From an uncultured Flavipsychrobacter sp. (GTDB lineage Bacteria; Bacteroidota; Bacteroidia; Chitinophagales; Chitinophagaceae), in the NCBI GenBank assembly GCA_964621795.1, contig CAZUMM010000002.1, positions 176,773-200,772 of the forward strand: 24,000 nt of DNA, read 5' to 3'. The notes below the pieces were generated by a model that had not been told where the DNA came from, searched no databases, and worked only from the letters and a program-made list of their open reading frames with translations. This document shows positions 4,268-12,907 of the stretch, one piece after another. The translations under genes and the position numbers were made by a program. Numbering within the stretch: the first letter of the stretch is position 1; each line of letters opens with the position of its first letter.

Positions 4268-6688
4268 ATGCGTTCAATACTGCTTTTTATTATATACTTC
4301 TTTTTGCCAGCAGTTTTACGGGCACAATACACCCAGCGCATACGCGGCACTGTGACTGACAAAGAATCGCACTACCCGTTAACAGGTGTTACCGTTGCTG
4401 TGACGGATGTGGCCGGGGCTGCGGGTACGGCTACCGATGAGAACGGCACCTTTGTGATAGCGGGTATTCCCGTAGGTAAACATACCATACAGGTTTCGTA
4501 TACAGGATATGAAACAGTTACTATGGGCAATGTACTGGTGACGAGCGGTAAAGAGGTGCTGTTACAAATAGAACTGGAAGAGCTAGCCCGGAAAATGGGC
4601 GAAGTGGTGGTGAGCGCGAAAAAAGAGCACATCAACGAGATGGCAGTTGTCAGTGCCAAAACCTTTGACGTGCAGGAAACGGAACGCTATGCAGGCAGCC
4701 GCTCCGACCCTGCGCGTATGGCCTCCAACTTTGCGGGTGTGCAGGGTGCCGATGATTCGCGCAATGATATTATCATCCGCGGCAATTCGCCTTCAGGGTT
4801 GTTGTGGCGGCTTGAAGATATTGATATACCGAACCCCAACCACTTTGCCATACCCGGCACCAGCGGCGGCCCTGTAAGTATGCTAAACAATAAGGTGCTG
4901 GGCAATAGCGATTTCTTTACCGGGGCGTTCCCTGCCGAGTATGGCAACTCTATAGCGGGCGCTTTCGATTTGAAGATGCGTAACGGCAATAACCAGCGGC
5001 ACGAGTACAGCGCACAGATTGGCTTCCTGGGCACAGAACTGGCAGGGGAGGGGCCGATATCGAAGAAAAACGGTTCGTCTTACCTGTTTACTTACCGTTA
5101 CTCCACGCTTAAGCTGTTTGAAAGTTTTAATTTCAAAATAGGCACCAATTCGGTACCGAACTACCAGGATGCGTCATTCAGGCTGAATTTCCCTTTTGGC
5201 AAAAAAGCCAATTTATCGTTTTTCGGCATCGGCGGGTTGAGCCATATAGATTTAATTGTGAGCAACCAGGCCGAACCGCCTACGGAACTATACGGCGAAT
5301 CAGATCGCGACCAGTATTTCACTTCCAACACGGGCGTGGTGGGAGCTTCGTTCAGCTATACCATCAACCCCAATACTTATACAAAACTCACCGTGGGGCA
5401 AACGGGTAACAACATCAATGCCCGCCATGATAAGGTGTTTCGTAATGCAGCTTACGAGGTAGACTCGCTGAAAAGCATACTGGACTATACCACCATTACC
5501 AACAGCACGGTAGCGCATTGGTACATCAATAAAAAAATATCGGCAAGGCAAACGGTGAAAGCGGGCATCATCAACAACCTGTACGAGCTGGATATGACAG
5601 ATAGCAGCCGCCAATACCCGCCTACCAAACAGATTTGGGACCACCGGCAGGATTTCAAAGGAACTACTGACCTGCTGCAGGCTTATGTACAATACAAATA
5701 CCGCCCTACCGATGCACTGACCATCACCGCGGGGCTGCACAGCCAGTACCTGACGCATAACGGCAGTACTGCCATTGAGCCACGTGCGGCTATGCGCTAC
5801 CGGCTGAGTAGTGCCGATGCTGTTAGTCTTGGCTATGGACTGCACAGCCAGATACAACCGCTGTACCAGTACTTTACTCACCTGCCGCAAAACCCGTCAA
5901 CGGCTTTGCACAATTATGATATGGGCTTTACCCGCAGCCACCATATAGTGGCAGGGTACGAGCATTTGTTTAAAGGGGTGCGCCTGCGCAGCGAAGCATA
6001 CTATCAATACCTGTTCAATGTGCCGATAGAAACACGGGCAGGCTCATCTTTCTCGCTACTGAATCAGGGCAGCAATTTCAGCCGCCTCTTCCCCGATACA
6101 TTGGTGAACAAGGGGACGGGTTATAATTATGGATTGGAACTGACGATAGAAAAGCCGTTCAGTCATGGGTATTATGTGTTGTTCACAGCTTCGGTGTTCA
6201 ACTCGAAAGCGAAGGGTAATGATGGGGTGTACCGCAATACGGATTATAACGGGCAGTTTGCTACCAACCTGCTGGCAGGCTATGAATACAAGACAGGTAA
6301 AAACACAACGCTGATATCGGGGCTGAAAATCACTTATGCGGGTGGCAAACTTTACTCCCCGCCCGATGTGGCTGCCTCGGAAGCATTGGGTGACTTTGTA
6401 GTAATTGATTCGCTGCGCAATACGTTGCGCTTTCCTGATTACTTCCGCGCCGATGTGAAGCTGGGCATCCGCATCAACCGCCCTAAAGTGACACACGAGA
6501 TAGCCCTCGACCTGGTAAATGTCTTCGGTATCAAAAACCTGCTCTCACTCACCTACAACCCCGACCTTGCAGCACAGGGTGTGGCCTATCCTTTCAACAA
6601 AAACTACCAACTGGGATTTTTGCCGCTATTTTATTACAGGGTGGATTTTGGAATTAATAGTCGAAAGTCAAAAGTCGAAAGTCGTTAG
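4268..6688 (+). CDS. TonB-dependent receptor with N-terminal carboxypeptidase-regulatory-like domain
   Basis: 806 aa. The signal peptide is MRSILLFIIYFFLPAVLRAQ. The CarboxypepD_reg-like segment is RIRGTVTDKESHYPLTGVTVAV..TDENGTFVIAGIPVGKHTIQVSYTGYE. The plug-like segment is RGNSPSGLLWRLEDIDIPNPNHF, followed by a long beta-barrel ending ..LFYYRVDF plus a 12-aa tail. Confidence 0.9.
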   Translation: MRSILLFIIYFFLPAVLRAQYTQRIRGTVTDKESHYPLTGVTVAVTDVAGAAGTATDENGTFVIAGIPVGKHTIQVSYTGYETVTMGNVLVTSGKEVLLQIELEELARKMGEVVVSAKKEHINEMAVVSAKTFDVQETERYAGSRSDPARMASNFAGVQGADDSRNDIIIRGNSPSGLLWRLEDIDIPNPNHFAIPGTSGGPVSMLNNKVLGNSDFFTGAFPAEYGNSIAGAFDLKMRNGNNQRHEYSAQIGFLGTELAGEGPISKKNGSSYLFTYRYSTLKLFESFNFKIGTNSVPNYQDASFRLNFPFGKKANLSFFGIGGLSHIDLIVSNQAEPPTELYGESDRDQYFTSNTGVVGASFSYTINPNTYTKLTVGQTGNNINARHDKVFRNAAYEVDSLKSILDYTTITNSTVAHWYINKKISARQTVKAGIINNLYELDMTDSSRQYPPTKQIWDHRQDFKGTTDLLQAYVQYKYRPTDALTITAGLHSQYLTHNGSTAIEPRAAMRYRLSSADAVSLGYGLHSQIQPLYQYFTHLPQNPSTALHNYDMGFTRSHHIVAGYEHLFKGVRLRSEAYYQYLFNVPIETRAGSSFSLLNQGSNFSRLFPDTLVNKGTGYNYGLELTIEKPFSHGYYVLFTASVFNSKAKGNDGVYRNTDYNGQFATNLLAGYEYKTGKNTTLISGLKITYAGGKLYSPPDVAASEALGDFVVIDSLRNTLRFPDYFRADVKLGIRINRPKVTHEIALDLVNVFGIKNLLSLTYNPDLAAQGVAYPFNKNYQLGFLPLFYYRVDFGINSRKSKVESR
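6659..6684 (+). repeat. Heptanucleotide tandem repeat (agtcgaa / agtcaaa / agtcgaa / agtcg) at the 3' end of the receptor gene
   Basis: Read directly from the sequence. It encodes most of the SRKSKVESR tail that follows the barrel-terminal ..RVDF. Confidence 0.6.
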
Positions 6689-6770
6689 TTAATAATCAAC
6701 TGGAAACTTCGTTCGAGAACAAAAGTACCTAAGTGTCAATCCTATGCTATATTTACATAAATAAAAAAAT

Positions 6771-8090
6771 ATGAAAATAGCCTTCCTAAACCTATCCATA
6801 GTACTTATATGCGGTATCAATGCGTTTGCGCAACAATCTCAAGTACCCGGCAATAGTACTGAACCCGGAAAGACCACGGCACTCGCATCACGATTAGTAG
6901 GTCACAGTATTTATGGCAACTATATTCTTCCAATACCCGGATGGGGATTATTGGACTCCACGCATTTTACCTATTCTCCCTATCATGGATATGACACAGC
7001 GGTAGGCGAATGGGAGTTTGATACAGATTCAGTAGTTGGCTATGTGGGGACACCTAGCTTTAAAGTAATAGCCCGCCAAACGCAAACCTTTGCATCTAAC
7101 AATCACATCGCCATGCAATTTCACGAGTCAGCTGACGGAGCCGGAAACTGGAGCAGTGATGAGTGGCACCGGTATACATGGAATACAGACAGCACAATGG
7201 CTGTGCATGAGTATGCAAAACATATTTCAGGTTGGGATTCTGTAAGGTTGACCTATACTTACAATACCTCCGGAAAGGCAATACTCGAATACAAGGAAGT
7301 GAAAGGAGTTAATTCGTGGAGGAATGCAGCAAAAACATTTACTACCTATAATATAGATGGCACGCAGGCGGGCACGGTACAATTAATTTGGGATGTATCT
7401 ACGTCATCCTGGGATTCGACACGCCGTGTTATCAATACCTATAATGGAGCAGGCCTATTGACTAAAAAGCTGTTCCAGTCGTATTCCGTCAATCATTGGG
7501 TAACTGACCAGGATCAGAACTATACTTATGACAGCAAAGGTAATCTTACCCAACACGAAACTCTCGATCTGTTTAATTCTTCTGCATATAAATATAATTA
7601 CACCTATGATGCTAATAATGATCTTATTTGGGAAGATAAATCCTCTTACGGTGGCATCATTAAAAATTATACGAATGAATATCGGAATATATATACTTAC
7701 AACAACTTCCACCAGGTACTGACTACGGAATATTGGGCATGGGATCTTGCAACTGCACAATATAATAAGCTTAATAACATAGATTATTATTACTATGAAT
7801 CTTATGATGACGGAGTAGTGGTAGGAGTAAAAAATATGATTGAACCGGATGTAATCGCTACACTGTTCCCTGTCCCTGCTTCCAATGAATTGCACGTAAA
7901 GCTAAATGGCAGCAGCGAAGCGGATATCATGTTATTTGACCTTCGTGGCAGGCTCGTGAAATACACAACGATTCCCAGTGGCAACACAATACAGCGCATT
8001 GATGTAAGCAATTTATCTGCTGGCACCTATATTTTTAAAGCCCTCATAAATGGCAAAACATCTGTACGCAATATAAGTCTGATAAAATAA
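6771..8090 (+). CDS. T9SS type A sorting domain-containing secreted protein with YD-repeat-like motifs
   Basis: 439 aa. The signal peptide is MKIAFLNLSIVLICGINAFAQ. Repeated YTY(D/N)xxGN-like motifs occur (NYTYDSKGNLTQ, YNYTYDANNDL, LTYTYNTSGKA). The C-terminal T9SS CTD is LFPVPASNELHVKL..MLFDLRGRLV..IDVSNLSAGTYIFKA. Confidence 0.85.
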   Translation: MKIAFLNLSIVLICGINAFAQQSQVPGNSTEPGKTTALASRLVGHSIYGNYILPIPGWGLLDSTHFTYSPYHGYDTAVGEWEFDTDSVVGYVGTPSFKVIARQTQTFASNNHIAMQFHESADGAGNWSSDEWHRYTWNTDSTMAVHEYAKHISGWDSVRLTYTYNTSGKAILEYKEVKGVNSWRNAAKTFTTYNIDGTQAGTVQLIWDVSTSSWDSTRRVINTYNGAGLLTKKLFQSYSVNHWVTDQDQNYTYDSKGNLTQHETLDLFNSSAYKYNYTYDANNDLIWEDKSSYGGIIKNYTNEYRNIYTYNNFHQVLTTEYWAWDLATAQYNKLNNIDYYYYESYDDGVVVGVKNMIEPDVIATLFPVPASNELHVKLNGSSEADIMLFDLRGRLVKYTTIPSGNTIQRIDVSNLSAGTYIFKALINGKTSVRNISLIK

Positions 8091-8108
8091 TCACAAGATT
8101 CCGATTTC

Positions 8109-8190
8109 ACACTGGCGCAAGAGTTAGCGAAGCGCTCTTGTGACTAAAAGAAACCTGCCGGACTCTGTCCGGAAACAGAAGTACAAAAGC
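8109..8190 (+). repeat. Left REP-like inverted-repeat arm of the RAYT
   Basis: Sequence: acactggcgcaagagttagcgaagcgctcttgtgactaaaagaaacctgccggactctgtccggaaacagaagtacaaaagc. It contains hairpins caagag/ctcttg and ccggac-tct-gtccgg. Its reverse complement recurs at 8765-8846. Confidence 0.8.
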
Positions 8191-8212
8191 AAAATGATAT
8201 ATTCGTTGTATC

Positions 8213-8764
8213 ATGTCGACTAAGTACAAGGTCTATAATCACCACCAGCCTCATTTTATTACCAGTACAGTTGTAGGTTGGGCAGATGTCTTAAGCAGGG
8301 AGGAGTATAAAGAAATAATACTAGATAGCCTGCGGTTTTGCCAGCAAGATAAAGGTTTATTGATACATGCATGGGTTATCATGAATAACCATATACACCT
8401 AATAGTAAGTGCGGAAGGTAATGAAGAACTTCCTGCAATCATCAGGGATTTCAAGAAATTCACCAGCAGGCACCTTATCGCTGCAATTGAAGCTCATCCA
8501 CAGGAAAGCAGGAAAGGTTGGTTGCTCAATATGTTCCGCTTTGTGGGTGGCAACAATAATAAGAATGAAACTTACCAGTTTTGGCAACAGGAATACCACC
8601 CTATAGAACTGGACACTACCGAAAAGTACAACCAACGCTTGCACTACCTGCACGAAAACCCTGTCAAGGCGGGTATTGTATGGAGTCCACCTCAGTATAA
8701 ATATAGCAGTGCTATTGATTATTACGAGCAAAATCAGGGGCTGCTTACCTTGAATATACTTTGA
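8213..8764 (+). CDS. REP-associated tyrosine transposase (RAYT) / IS200-like Y1 HUH transposase
   Basis: 183 aa. The HUH motif lies in VIMNNHIHLIVS, and the C-terminal Tyr region is SPPQYKYSSAIDYY, as in RAYT/Y1_Tnp proteins. The gene is flanked by inverted hairpin-containing repeats rather than classical IS ends. Confidence 0.85.
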   Translation: MSTKYKVYNHHQPHFITSTVVGWADVLSREEYKEIILDSLRFCQQDKGLLIHAWVIMNNHIHLIVSAEGNEELPAIIRDFKKFTSRHLIAAIEAHPQESRKGWLLNMFRFVGGNNNKNETYQFWQQEYHPIELDTTEKYNQRLHYLHENPVKAGIVWSPPQYKYSSAIDYYEQNQGLLTLNIL

Positions 8765-8846
8765 GCTTTTGTACTTCTGTTTCCGGACAGAGTCCGGCAG
8801 ATTTCGTTTAGTCACAAGTCATTCCTGCGGAAGACTTGCGCCAGTG
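8765..8846 (-). repeat. Right REP-like inverted-repeat arm of the RAYT
   Basis: Sequence: gcttttgtacttctgtttccggacagagtccggcagatttcgtttagtcacaagtcattcctgcggaagacttgcgccagtg. It is the reverse complement of the left arm, except that the internal hairpin stem is caagtc/gacttg instead of caagag/ctcttg. Confidence 0.8.
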
Positions 8847-9044
8847 AGTATTTTTACACTTACACAAAGTTAACGTAGCGCTCTTATTAGTGATGAAATA
8901 CGACAGCCAATAGTCTCTTATTTACACTGGAAGCACATGGTTTTGTCATAGTTTGTGTGTATTCTGTTGTTTTTTAATTCTTTAACAGTAAAAATTCATT
9001 TTATATCCTTATCTTACATATTTCCAACAATAAATTATATCATA

Positions 9045-10151
9045 TTGTCTTCAAATGCCGCTGCAAAGCCCCTGGTGAAATTTGCCCCTAAAGGAAAGGA
9101 AAGTTTTTACGATGCCGTTAAGAAAAGCGTGGATGAGTATTTCCGCACCCATAATATAACCGAGCAGGCTAATAATACGATGCGGGTAAAGACCGCTGTT
9201 ATGTTATCCCTGTATTTTGTTCCTTACCTGCTGGTAGTAACAGGTATGTGTGCCGGGTACCCTTTCCTGTTTTACCTGTTCTCTCTTATAATGGGCCTGG
9301 GTATAGTTGGTATTGGTGCCTCTGTTATGCACGATTCCAATCACGGCTCTTATTCTAAGAATAAAATAGTGAACAGCCTGCTGGGCAATATACTGAATGT
9401 GATAGGTGGTTATTCCCCTAACTGGCGCATACAGCACAACATATTGCACCATACCTATACCAACCTGCATGGGCTGGACGAGGATATTGCAGGTACGGTG
9501 CTGATACGTATGCACCCGGAAAGTCCCCGCATGAAGATACACCGCTACCAGCACATCTATTCATGGGGGCTTTACTCGCTGATGAACCTGATGTGGGTCA
9601 TTGTCAAAGATTATAAGCTGCTGTTCAGGTACGAGAAACAAGGGCTGCTGCGTAAGGAGAAGCTGACTTTAAAACGTGGCCTTACAGAGCTGTCGCTTAT
9701 CAAAGTGTTTTACATAGCCTATATGTTTGTGTTGCCGCTGCTGTTCTCCGGGCTGGCATGGTACCATATTTTCCTCGGCTTTCTGCTGATGCAAATGGTG
9801 GCAGGGCTGGCGCTGGCCTGCATCTTCCAGCCTGCGCACGTAATGGAAACATCTGAATACCCCAAGCCGGACGAAGACCTGAAAATGGAAAACAACTGGG
9901 CGGTACACCAACTGCTGAATACCACCAATTTTGCACCTTCCAGCCGTATCACATCATGGTTTATAGGCGGGCTTAATTACCAGATAGAGCACCACCTTTT
10001 CCCGCATGTGTGCCATGTGCATTACCCGCGGCTCTCTGCTATAGTTAAGAATATTGCCGAAAAGTATAACCTGCCGTACAATGTACAGCCTACGGTATTT
10101 GCAGCGTTGACACAGCACGGTAAAATGCTGCGTGTGCTGGGCAGGCAATAG
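9045..10151 (+). CDS. Membrane fatty acid desaturase (acyl-lipid/acyl-CoA desaturase family, three His boxes)
   Basis: The His boxes are HDSNHG, HNILHH and QIEHHLFPH, with multiple TM segments. The start is uncertain. The track ORF begins at GTG 8955, but the first 30 codons are an AT-rich, low-information extension. TTG at 9045 (LSSNAAAKPLVKF..) gives about 368 aa, typical for the family. No in-frame ATG occurs before residue 76 of the track ORF. Confidence 0.85.
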   Translation: MSSNAAAKPLVKFAPKGKESFYDAVKKSVDEYFRTHNITEQANNTMRVKTAVMLSLYFVPYLLVVTGMCAGYPFLFYLFSLIMGLGIVGIGASVMHDSNHGSYSKNKIVNSLLGNILNVIGGYSPNWRIQHNILHHTYTNLHGLDEDIAGTVLIRMHPESPRMKIHRYQHIYSWGLYSLMNLMWVIVKDYKLLFRYEKQGLLRKEKLTLKRGLTELSLIKVFYIAYMFVLPLLFSGLAWYHIFLGFLLMQMVAGLALACIFQPAHVMETSEYPKPDEDLKMENNWAVHQLLNTTNFAPSSRITSWFIGGLNYQIEHHLFPHVCHVHYPRLSAIVKNIAEKYNLPYNVQPTVFAALTQHGKMLRVLGRQ

Positions 10152-10181
10152 GCTTCGCTCGTGCAGTAAAGAGTAATCTTA

Positions 10182-10628
10182 CTATATCCGCTCATACACC
10201 AGTTGCAGGTCATTTTCCCAATTTTTGCCATCGCGGCATAGTTGTCCATTGCCGGTCATGGTATTACCGTCGGGCGATAGGGTAACTGTAAACCTTTGCG
10301 CAAATGCAGGTGAGTCGCGCCACCACTTCCAAATATTGTCGTGAAAAGAAAACATATATCTTCTCGATACTTTACGTTCGTCGAAGTAGAGCATATAACA
10401 TTCGCCTGTATCATCATCGGTGCCGAAGATAGCTATGCCTGCCGGTATGCGCGGGTCGTCCATTGAGGTATGCATGATGATGAATGCACCACCCTCCAGC
10501 CATTGAAAAGAAGCATGTCCCTGCAATGCCGCACCGGGCAGCATAGGGTGCCTGCCCGATGTTTTCCACTCACCGATTAAAATTTGCATATCCTGCAATC
10601 TTGGGTTGAGAACAGATGCTTTGCCCAT
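10182..10628 (-). CDS. Hypothetical small soluble protein (beta-rich, possibly DUF1579/lipocalin-like)
   Basis: The track ORF (10182-10997) extends upstream into the preceding membrane-protein gene in another frame. The internal ATG at 10628 (MGKASVLNPRLQDMQILIGEWKTSG...) leaves a 32-nt gap after the upstream gene (ORF end 10661). The family name is a guess. Confidence 0.6.
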   Translation of the reverse strand: MGKASVLNPRLQDMQILIGEWKTSGRHPMLPGAALQGHASFQWLEGGAFIIMHTSMDDPRIPAGIAIFGTDDDTGECYMLYFDERKVSRRYMFSFHDNIWKWWRDSPAFAQRFTVTLSPDGNTMTGNGQLCRDGKNWENDLQLVYERI

Positions 10629-10660
10629 AAAAGATGTTTTTACAAATTTACGTACACGTG

Positions 10661-11359
10661 TTATGCTGTTTTTATTTGTTTGGATTTCTTGAGGGTAAAA
10701 CCGGCTATAATCATCCATATCATCCCTAAAAACCTTCCTGCGGGCAGCATCAGTGATAAGGCAGGAAACACCATGTTCAGCATGGAAAGAACAGATATTG
10801 CCGCAAGTATTAATCCTGTCACCATTACCCACTTCGGTATAAGGCCGTCGAGCCCCGCGGCAACAGATATGCCTGCTATTAATAAACCGGATAGTACTAC
10901 GTTGCCCGTACCGCCCGCTGCAAAGCTCAATAGCTGTATGGCCCTTGTTGCCCCTGCATTTTCTGCAATGCCCGGCTGCGACAATACCCATGTGCAAAGC
11001 CCCGATAGGGCAATGAACAATGCTGCACCGTACCCGCCGAACAGGACAATATTGGTGCCGCCCCTGTGTATGTTAAGTGCGCGCAGCCAGGCTGCTACCG
11101 TGGCTGTAAAAATGCCCAAGGGTAGTGCCGACCAAAATATAAAAAACGAATAAGCGCGTGTTGTGCCGGCAAAGTGTACGTAGTAACCCATAGCTTTCTC
11201 TACAGGCTGGTAAGGTGTGGGGAAAGCTGCCGGGCCGCCGATGCTGGCCATATTGTAGGCAAAGCCACCTACAAAAAGCAGGAAATAAAGGAGTGCAAGG
11301 ATACCGGGCGAGGGGCCGCGTTCTTTTACCTCCAGTATAGTTGTTTCGGTATGTTCCAT
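10661..11359 (-). CDS. Multi-pass integral membrane protein, unknown function
   Basis: 232 aa with about 6 hydrophobic Gly/Ala-rich segments (e.g. GILALLYFLLFVGGFAY, YSFFIFWSALPLGIFTATVAAWL, VMVTGLILAAISVLSML). It is co-operonic with the hydrolase and SnoaL-like genes. Confidence 0.7.
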   Translation of the reverse strand: MEHTETTILEVKERGPSPGILALLYFLLFVGGFAYNMASIGGPAAFPTPYQPVEKAMGYYVHFAGTTRAYSFFIFWSALPLGIFTATVAAWLRALNIHRGGTNIVLFGGYGAALFIALSGLCTWVLSQPGIAENAGATRAIQLLSFAAGGTGNVVLSGLLIAGISVAAGLDGLIPKWVMVTGLILAAISVLSMLNMVFPALSLMLPAGRFLGMIWMIIAGFTLKKSKQIKTA

Positions 11360-11375
11360 AGTATATCTATTTTCT

Positions 11376-11765
11376 TTATTGCTGCGGCCTGCCGGGTATG
11401 TTCATATCGATAGTGCTGTATTGCAATGCAGCCAGTTTCCAGGTGCCGCTATCCTCCACCCATGTCTGCATCATTCTCAGTTCCGCATCTGCCCTGTTGT
11501 CGTTGAAGGTGGCCTTCTGCGATTGTCGTGCTACTGCAATGGCAGCTTTGTCGTAACAGGTTGCCTGTACATCATTCACTGTAATACTTTCATATTTCAG
11601 CCCGCCTGAAAACCGTTGCAGCCATTGCTGCCTTGTCAAGACAAACCCTTTAGGGCCAATGCCAATAAAATCGTTCGTAAGCAATTCATCCAGCTTTGAT
11701 GTGTCTCCGGTTTCTTCTGTTTTGGCCCATTGCTGTACAAGCCCTGTTATATACTGTATATTCAT
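11376..11765 (-). CDS. SnoaL-like / NTF2-fold (DUF4440-like) protein
   Basis: 129 aa. It has the pattern typical of the NTF2-like family: ..WAKTEETGDTSKLDELLTNDFIGIGPKGFVLTRQQWLQRF .. WVEDSGTWKLAALQYS. Its start abuts the hydrolase stop (11767). Confidence 0.7.
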   Translation of the reverse strand: MNIQYITGLVQQWAKTEETGDTSKLDELLTNDFIGIGPKGFVLTRQQWLQRFSGGLKYESITVNDVQATCYDKAAIAVARQSQKATFNDNRADAELRMMQTWVEDSGTWKLAALQYSTIDMNIPGRPQQ

Positions 11766-11766
11766 G

Positions 11767-12768
11767 TTATTGTATCATTTTGTTGAGATTACTGTTTTTA
11801 TATTCGGTATCCAGGAAAGAAATAATTTCCCTGTTAACTGCTTCGGGCTTTTCCTGCTGCAGCCAGTGCCCGCAGTGTTCCAGTACCACGGTTTTACGCA
11901 GGTTGGGCAGAGCTTGCTTCATAGGTTCCATACTGCCGAAACGCACTGCTGCCTCGTTGGCGCCGCCAATAAACAATACAGGCTGGCTGATGCCCTTTTT
12001 ATAAATCTCTTTCTGGTTAAGATAATCCTCATCGTTCCGGTAAAAATTAAGGGCAGGGGTAAGCCCTGTTTTCTTAAACGCCGTAACATAATAGTCAAGG
12101 TCATTTTGTGAGAGCCATGCGGGCAGGCGTTCCGGTTCGCGGAAATCGTCGAGCACATGGTCATTGTCCGGCTTTTTTGTATACAGTGTATCTATCATTT
12201 CCTTTGGCGCCTCACCTGAAAGGCCGTAAAAGAACAGCCGGAAAAACCGTTCAGGGTCTTCATTGAATTCAGCTTCGGTAGCACCTTTTTTATGAAAATT
12301 GGTGAAGGCGTTCGGCCACTTCTCCCTAATTTCCGCAGGGTCGCGCGGCTGGGGATAAAATGGTATGCTGAGGGACACGACACCCTTTACCACATCGGGG
12401 TACAACATCGGCATAATCCACATCAGGTTAGCGCCCCAGTCATGGCCAATGATGAATACCTCTGTGGCACCCAGGTGGTCAATCAATGCTTTTATATCCT
12501 TTGCATGATTGGTGAGGCTATAATCCGCTACCTGTTCTGTGACTTGCGATTCCCCGAACCCCCGTAAGTCGGGCGCTACGGCATGATATCCTGCGCTGCG
12601 CAGTGCAGGTAACTGGTGCCGCCACGAGTACCACAGCTCCGGAAAGCCGTGTAGCAGAATAACGAGCGGCCCTTCTCCAGCTTCGGCATAGTGGTAACGT
12701 ATGCCGTTTACGGAGGTGTATTGATGTTTTATCGTGGTTGTTTCAGCGACGCCGGTTATATTTTTCAT
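11767..12768 (-). CDS. Alpha/beta hydrolase, epoxide hydrolase-like
   Basis: 333 aa. It carries VILLHGFPELWYSWRHQLPAL (the HGxP oxyanion motif and WYSWRHQ typical of soluble epoxide hydrolases), the nucleophile elbow IIGHDWGA and the C-terminal CGHWLQQEKPEAVN. Confidence 0.9.
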   Translation of the reverse strand: MKNITGVAETTTIKHQYTSVNGIRYHYAEAGEGPLVILLHGFPELWYSWRHQLPALRSAGYHAVAPDLRGFGESQVTEQVADYSLTNHAKDIKALIDHLGATEVFIIGHDWGANLMWIMPMLYPDVVKGVVSLSIPFYPQPRDPAEIREKWPNAFTNFHKKGATEAEFNEDPERFFRLFFYGLSGEAPKEMIDTLYTKKPDNDHVLDDFREPERLPAWLSQNDLDYYVTAFKKTGLTPALNFYRNDEDYLNQKEIYKKGISQPVLFIGGANEAAVRFGSMEPMKQALPNLRKTVVLEHCGHWLQQEKPEAVNREIISFLDTEYKNSNLNKMIQ

Positions 12769-12907
12769 GGGCTTCTTTTTTTATTTGCCAGTACAAAAAT
12801 TCATTCTTGTAATAATTTCTGTTTCGTAATAATTTATTCAAAATTAAAACGATTTCGTAGTGAAAAAAGAATAATTATTTCGCAAATTGTTAGAAATTTG
12901 ATACTCA

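Larger units (their letters stand above)
8092..8846 (+). mobile_element. RAYT unit ('REPtron'-like): HUH Y1 transposase gene bracketed by inverted REP-like arms
   Basis: See the component features. Arms of about 82 bp at 8109-8190 and 8765-8846 are reverse complements of each other apart from a compensated internal hairpin. Confidence 0.6.

Noticed and set aside
4372-6496. Several minus-strand ORFs (95-196 aa) inside the TonB receptor gene
   Set aside because: All are antisense to a well-supported 806-aa receptor in a GC-rich stretch, where long spurious ORFs are expected.
4268-6688. TonB-dependent receptor as part of the RiPP system (e.g. uptake or immunity)
   Set aside because: It is divergently transcribed, has very different base composition, and has no known functional link to the cluster. 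I treat it as a neighbouring gene, although regulation from the shared intergenic region cannot be excluded.
8399-8815. 138-aa minus-strand ORF overlapping the RAYT gene
   Set aside because: It starts inside the right REP arm and runs antisense through the transposase gene. No domain is present, and the RAYT frame has the HUH and Tyr motifs.
8955-9044. GTG-initiated 30-codon N-terminal extension of the desaturase
   Set aside because: The extension (MCILLFFNSLTVKIHFISLSYIFPTINYII) is encoded by AT-rich promoter-like DNA. Family members usually start shortly before the ..VKF..FY.. segment, so TTG 9045 is more plausible. Without alignment the true start stays uncertain.
10629-10997. N-terminal 123 codons of the 271-aa track ORF (10182-10997)
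   Set aside because: This part overlaps the upstream membrane-protein gene (10661-11359) in another frame and is Arg/Cys-rich nonsense-like. The internal ATG at 10628 gives a sensible 148-aa protein with a 32-nt intergenic gap.
10584-11153. 189-aa plus-strand ORF
   Set aside because: It is antisense to the membrane protein and the small beta protein. It has no motifs and appears to be an artefact of the Ala/Pro-rich, GC-rich complement.
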